Assembly (NCBI GenBank): GCA_963776975.1
Contig: CAVZOU010000022.1
Location: 81,353-145,352, forward strand
Reading direction: 5' to 3'
Source of the DNA: an uncultured Actinomycetota bacterium
GTDB taxonomy: Bacteria > Actinomycetota > Actinomycetes > Propionibacteriales > Nocardioidaceae
Length of the DNA: 64,000 nucleotides
Part shown: positions 57,247 to 64,000 of the stretch, piece after piece
Position numbering within the stretch: the stretch's first letter is position 1
Layout of the letters: every line of letters starts with the position of its first letter
Made by a program: the position numbers and the translations under genes
The notes under the pieces: model-generated
Told to the model about the DNA's origin: nothing
Seen by the model: the letters and a program-made list of their open reading frames with translations, nothing else
Databases searched by the model: none

Positions 57247-58218
57247 TCACGCCCCCAGGGTGTGGGGCCGCACGTGCTCGGGCTCGAGGATCGGCTCGGG
57301 CCGCCCCTCCTCGATCCGTGCCTCCTCGGCCGGACGAGCCTGCTTCTGCTCGGCGGTGAAGGCCGACGTCACGGTGCGCATCGCCTCGCTGAGCTCGCCC
57401 GGGATGACGAAGTAGCCGTTGCCGTGCTCGGCGAGGCGGGGCAGCATCTCGAGGTACTTGTAGGCCAGCACCTGCGGGTCGGCGTCGTTGTCGTGGACCG
57501 CCTGGAAGACCCGCTCCAGTGCCCTCGCCTCGCCGTCGGCCTCGAGGATCTTCGCCTGCTGGCGGCCCTCCGCCTCGAGGATCATCTTGTTGCGGGTGCC
57601 CTCCGCGGTGAGGATCAGCGACTGGCGATGACCCTCGGCCTGGAGGATCACCGCGCGCTTGTCCCGCTCGGCGCGCATCTGCTTCTCCATCGCCTCCTGG
57701 ATGCTGCGCGGCGGGTCGATCGCCTTGATCTCCACCCTGTTGACCCGGATGCCCCACTTGCCGGTGGCCTCGTCCAGCACCTCGCGCAGCCGGAGGTTGA
57801 TCGTCTCCCGGGAGGTCAGCGTGCTCTCGAGGTCCATCGACCCGATGAGGTTGCGCAGGGTGGTGACGGTGAGCTGGTCGATCGCCTGGAGGTAGTTGTT
57901 GACCCCGTAGGCCGCCGCCCGCGGGTCGGTGATCTGGTAGTAGAGGACGGTGTCGATGGCGACCACCAGGTTGTCCTCGGTGATCACCGGCTTGGGCTGC
58001 GACGTGTAGACGGTCTCCCGGACGTCGAGCTTGGTGTTGACCCGGTCGACCAGCGGGATGATCAGGTTGAGCCCGGGCTGCAGGGTGCGCTGGTAGCGAC
58101 CGAACCGCTCGATGTTGTAGCGCCGCGCCTGCGGCACGATCCGGATGGCGGAGGCCACCACGAGGGCGACCAGCACCGCCAGGATGGCGATCGGGATCCA
58201 CAGCTCCATCAGTCTCAC
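57247..58218 (-). CDS. SPFH/band 7 (stomatin-like) protein
   Basis: ERFGRY, VITEDN, TTLRNLIG, AMEKQMRAERDKRA. Confidence 0.93.
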   Translation of the reverse strand: MRLMELWIPIAILAVLVALVVASAIRIVPQARRYNIERFGRYQRTLQPGLNLIIPLVDRVNTKLDVRETVYTSQPKPVITEDNLVVAIDTVLYYQITDPRAAAYGVNNYLQAIDQLTVTTLRNLIGSMDLESTLTSRETINLRLREVLDEATGKWGIRVNRVEIKAIDPPRSIQEAMEKQMRAERDKRAVILQAEGHRQSLILTAEGTRNKMILEAEGRQQAKILEADGEARALERVFQAVHDNDADPQVLAYKYLEMLPRLAEHGNGYFVIPGELSEAMRTVTSAFTAEQKQARPAEEARIEEGRPEPILEPEHVRPHTLGA

Positions 58219-58673
58219 GCTTCTCTCGGTCGGGTGTCGGGCAGTGGCTCGCTCGGGTGCACCAGGGCGGTGGCCCCGTCGATCTCGTAGACGTCGACCC
58301 GGATGCCCGCCGGGATGACCAGGCTCTCGTCGTACGCCCGGGCCGACCAGTCCTCGCCCGAGAGGTGCACGAGACCGCCGGTCGCACTGACCTCGCGGGT
58401 GACCAGCGCCGAGCGGCCGACCAGGGCGTCGCTGCCGTCACGCGACAGCGGCGGGAGCGCCAGGTGCCGCTTGGCGATGGGCCGGATCGCCACGAGGGCG
58501 ATCCCTCCCGTGACGGCGAAGGCCAGGAGCTGGACGACGACCGGCGCTCCCAGGCCGGCGGCGATCGCGGCGACGAGGGCCGCCCCCGCCAAGAGGCCGA
58601 ACGCCAGCGTCAGCGTGAGGACTTCCACCACGCCGAGGAGAACGGCGATTGCCAGCCAGGCGTACGGCCACAT
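58215..58673 (-). CDS. NfeD family protein
   Basis: Three TM helices, then DALVGR, GEDWSAR, IDGATALV; classic NfeD-SPFH pair. Confidence 0.9.
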   Translation of the reverse strand: MWPYAWLAIAVLLGVVEVLTLTLAFGLLAGAALVAAIAAGLGAPVVVQLLAFAVTGGIALVAIRPIAKRHLALPPLSRDGSDALVGRSALVTREVSATGGLVHLSGEDWSARAYDESLVIPAGIRVDVYEIDGATALVHPSEPLPDTRPREA

Positions 58674-58835
58674 GTGACGATTCCATCCGGGAAGGATGTG
58701 CTCCCAGCGTACTGCCGCACAGCGAGGATCGTCGGGGGTACCAGGACCAACGTCCAATGGCGACCCGTTCCCCACCAGGGACACGCTCGGAGGCCTGGAC
58801 GGCGTGACCCCACACACGCCGCAGTCGGGCGAGCT

Positions 58836-58935
58836 GAGCGGCTCCGCCCGCTCCCGCACGATGGTGCTCGAGCGTGGCACCTACCGATTCAAGGTCCGGG
58901 CCATCGATGCCGCCGGTGTCGCGGTCCCGCACTCT
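58836..58935 (+). pseudogene. Probable remnant of a fibronectin type III/Ig-like domain
   Basis: SARSRTMVLERGTYRFKVRAIDAAG resembles the FN3 C-terminal strands; no credible full gene around it. Confidence 0.45.
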
Positions 58936-59231
58936 CCCCGGCGCGGGACCGCGTCTTCTTGCGCCCTGAAGGTGGGTCGAACCGCCGCGATCGAGCGACC
59001 ACGGGGAACCGATGCTGCTCGTACCCCGATGGCGGTCCTGGTTACGAATAAGACTTCGGTGGGTGGGTCGACAAGGCAAACAGCTCATCGGCGCGACGCT
59101 TCAGTGCATTCAATCGCGCATTCGGACACGTGGTCCAAGCGCAGTCGTGATGCCTTGACTCGGAACCACGCGAGGTCAACTCTGGGAAGGTGCCGGCACG
59201 TCCGGTGCCGGCTCCCATCAGGGAGGTCGGA

Positions 59232-60523
59232 ATGAAGCGTCTCATCGCACTCACGACCGCGATCGCACTCGCGACCGTCGCCTACATGACCCCCACCGGA
59301 GCCGCGTCAGAAGCGCCCACCGACTCGACCGGGTCCACCGTGAGGAACAGCGACGTCATGGTCGACTGGAGCCGGATCGTCTTCGAAGCTGCGATGACCG
59401 ACGACAACTACGTCTCGTTCAAGGGCACCGCGACACCAGGCGATGGTGCACATCGCGATGCACGACGCGCTCAACGCCATCCACCCCAGGTTCGACCAGT
59501 ACGCCTACTTCGGTCGCTCGAAGGGCGCGAACCCGATCGCGGCCGCAGCGAAGGCGGCGCACGGCGTGCTCGTGGCGGTCTATCCCGCCCAGCAGGCGAA
59601 GCTGGACACCGAACTCGCGACCTGGCTCGCAACGGTGCCCAATGGTCGCGGCAAGACCAAGGCTCTCCGCTTGGAGCCAAGGCGGCGGCGGCCATCGTCG
59701 CGCTCCGCCAGGACGATGGCACGGACGTCGACCTCGTGAGCCCCAACTACACGCCGGGCACCCAGCCGGGTGACTACCAGTTCGTCCCGCCGTACGAGTT
59801 CACCTTCGCGGAGGACTTCCGCGACGCGACGCCGTTCGGCCTCAAGTCTCCCAAGCAGTTCCGCGTGTCCGCGCCCCCGGCGTTGAGGAGCCGCACCTAC
59901 GCGAAGGACTACATGGAGGTCAAGTCGGTCGGAGCCATCCAGAGCACGACCCGCACCACGGATCAGAGCGACTACGCCAACTGGTGGTACGAGTCCTCAG
60001 ACATCGGCTGGGCCCGCGTCGCCCGCGTCACCGCGACCAGCGAGGAGCTGGAGCTCTGGCGGGCCGCGCGGATGTTTGCGCTCGTCGGCATGTCCTTCTA
60101 CGACAGCTACGTCGCGGGCTGGGATTCCAAGTTCCACTGGGACTTCTGGCGGCCCTACACCGCGATCCGAGCCGGCGACACCGACGGCAACCGCCGCACC
60201 CTCAAGGACGCCACCTGGAAGAGCTACCTCGAGACCCCGCCGGTCCAGGACTACCCCTCGACCCACAGCGTCCTCGGCGCCGGAGCCGCAGAAGTCCTCA
60301 AGCGGGGCTTCAGGACCGATGAGGTGCCGTTCTCGATGGACTCACTGACGGCGCTGCCGGCGAACCCCGTCCGCTCGTTCAACACCTTCACCGAGGCGGC
60401 AGATGAGAACGCCGATTCGCGGGTGACGGCCGGCATCCACTTCCGTTTCTCGACCGAGCAAGGCCAAGCACTCGGCCGCAAGGTGGGCAGATACCTCGTA
60501 ACCACCATCTACAGCGGCGCTGA
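59232..60523 (+). CDS. Secreted vanadium-dependent haloperoxidase/PAP2 family protein; frameshifted, end approximate
   Basis: GGAGG SD and signal peptide; AMHDALNAI, KFHWDFWRP, DYPSTH, SRVTAGIHF. Confidence 0.85.
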
Positions 60524-60821
60524 CGCCGAGGGGCGACGCTCCCAACGTCTGCATGAGGCAGGTCCCCACAAACCTGTTCGACCGGAGCACCAGCGCCTTG
60601 GTCAGCGCTCACTACCTGCGGCGGCGGCGCGCTCGCCTCGCCGGACGGAGGAGACGCTCGGCGGCACACTCGCGGATGACCGGTCGCGTCCTTAAGCCGG
60701 GTTCCGCGTCTGGTCCGACATGCAGACGTATCGCGTCGAAGCCTCACATGGCCGCCGACAGGCATGGCCAACGCCGAGGGCCCATGGCGTGTCGTCGGGG
60801 AATCGACCGAGTCGTTTGCCT

Positions 60822-61511
60822 CTACGGGACGACGAGTGTGAAGTCCATATCGCTCACCGCTACCGGGGCTGCGCCTGGGGCGACGCGATACGTCCTGACC
60901 GCGACCTCGTCCGAGTCCGCACCACAGGTGCCACTAGGACCCTCGACGACCGCGAGCGGCACGCTGCCCACGGGGAACGAGGACTCGTTCGGCGCCGCAA
61001 TCGGCGCAAGATAGTCGCGCGGGATGTCGTAGTCCAACTGCACGCAGAAGACACCGCTGAAGGGTTGGCGCACGCCGGCGACACCCCAACTTCGATTCGT
61101 ATTGAGCTCGCGGGCCGGTGCCACCGTTGTAGACATAGGCGACGGCAAGAGCGAAGCCCGGCGGTCCTTCCGGTCCTTCCGGTCCTTCGGTCCTTCCGGT
61201 CCTTCCGGCCCTCGGGCGCCCATGGCACCCGTCGGTCCCGGCGGGCCTGCGAGCCCTTGCGGGCCAGCGGCCCCCTGCGTACCGGCTGGCAGTTGACCGG
61301 CTTTGAAGTCGCTTGCCAGCAACGTTCCGTCAGCGACCCTCTTTGAGTCCACTGCGCCCTTGGCGATGTCGACACGCTTCACGCCACCGTCCTTGATGTC
61401 TTTGCTTCCGACCAGTCCGGCGGCGTAGGCAGTGCCCCCTCCGAGGGCGATGACCAAAGCCAAGGTTGAAGTGACTGCTGAATAGCGATTGGAGTTCACG
61501 GGAAATCTCAT
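60822..61511 (-). CDS. Secreted collagen-like (Gly-X-Y) protein
   Basis: [17 protein letters not shown] signal, SKDIKDG-type repeats, Gly-X-Y run, Cys-containing C-terminal domain. Confidence 0.8.
   Translation of the reverse strand: MRFPVNSNRYSAVTSTLALVIALGGGTAYAAGLVGSKDIKDGGVKRVDIAKGAVDSKRVADGTLLASDFKAGQLPAGTQGAAGPQGLAGPPGPTGAMGARGPEGPEGPKDRKDRKDRRASLLPSPMSTTVAPARELNTNRSWGVAGVRQPFSGVFCVQLDYDIPRDYLAPIAAPNESSFPVGSVPLAVVEGPSGTCGADSDEVAVRTYRVAPGAAPVAVSDMDFTLVVP
61162..61208. repeat. 9-bp tandem repeat (CGGTCCTTC) x5 encoding GPE
   Basis: Five units, one lacking a C. Confidence 0.85.
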
Positions 61512-61899
61512 GGTGCCCCTCCGTGTCTTCGTTTCATCCGAGTAGACGCGTCTCAGCCGCGCGGCGGAATCCCCTGGCAGCGTCATTTCAGGACGAAGAG
61601 AAGGCAACGCGCCGGCCGCTGTCACCTGCGCGATCGCCGACACGACGTCGCGGCCAGCAAGTCGCTACGCCCCGACCGTGTCGATACGCCCATTCCGCCG
61701 CTTTGGTGCGCAGGGTCAGCGAGAGCCACCGAGGGTTCGAGCTGCTGCCAGACGGAGGGGCTCTGATTGGGGACGTCCACTGGCGGGGCCTGACGTCGGT
61801 ACGAGGCGCAGCCTCTTGCGGAGAGCTCGTGGGCGCGGTACAGATCAGGGGAGGGCTCGCGGCCCGCCGGGGCGCGCCTGAGCACGGAGGAGTCGCTCC

Positions 61900-64000
<2,101 letters not shown>

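Noticed and set aside
61520-61895. Riboswitch between the collagen-like gene and cstA
   Set aside because: No recognisable aptamer consensus by eye; an Rfam scan would be needed

Overview
Very GC-rich actinobacterial chromosomal segment whose gene content and repeats look Nocardioides-like (inference). Many conserved genes are split by 1-bp indels, most likely uncorrected long-read errors, densest at about 12.8-18.4 kb and 22.9-24.0 kb, so split ORFs are reported as single genes. Contents: an HxlR/FAD-oxidoreductase pair; an atu/accA2-accD2-like acyl-CoA carboxylase operon; a BTAD regulator; two ABC export systems; a tandem ECF sigma/anti-sigma locus whose second copy is a single fused protein; MerR-fadAB; a DEAD-box helicase; a cellobiose-type ABC/GH1/LacI locus with msiK; mcr-GATase-BVMO; padR-fadH; several hydrolases; a heliorhodopsin next to AIM24; NfeD/SPFH; a vanadium haloperoxidase-like gene; a collagen-like gene; and cstA, cut by the window end. 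No tRNA, rRNA, CRISPR, transposase or integrase was recognised. Most notable: (1) a duplicated ECF module with a fused, membrane-tethered sigma-anti-sigma carrying a degenerate recognition helix; (2) REP-like repeats inside protein-coding sequence, including an identical 35-bp element encoding FEARSARTSTT in two unrelated proteins and an about 80-bp palindrome in a carboxyltransferase linker; (3) a shared MerR-type operator linking fadAB and mcr; (4) a four-hairpin helicase leader; (5) a heliorhodopsin-AIM24 pair.
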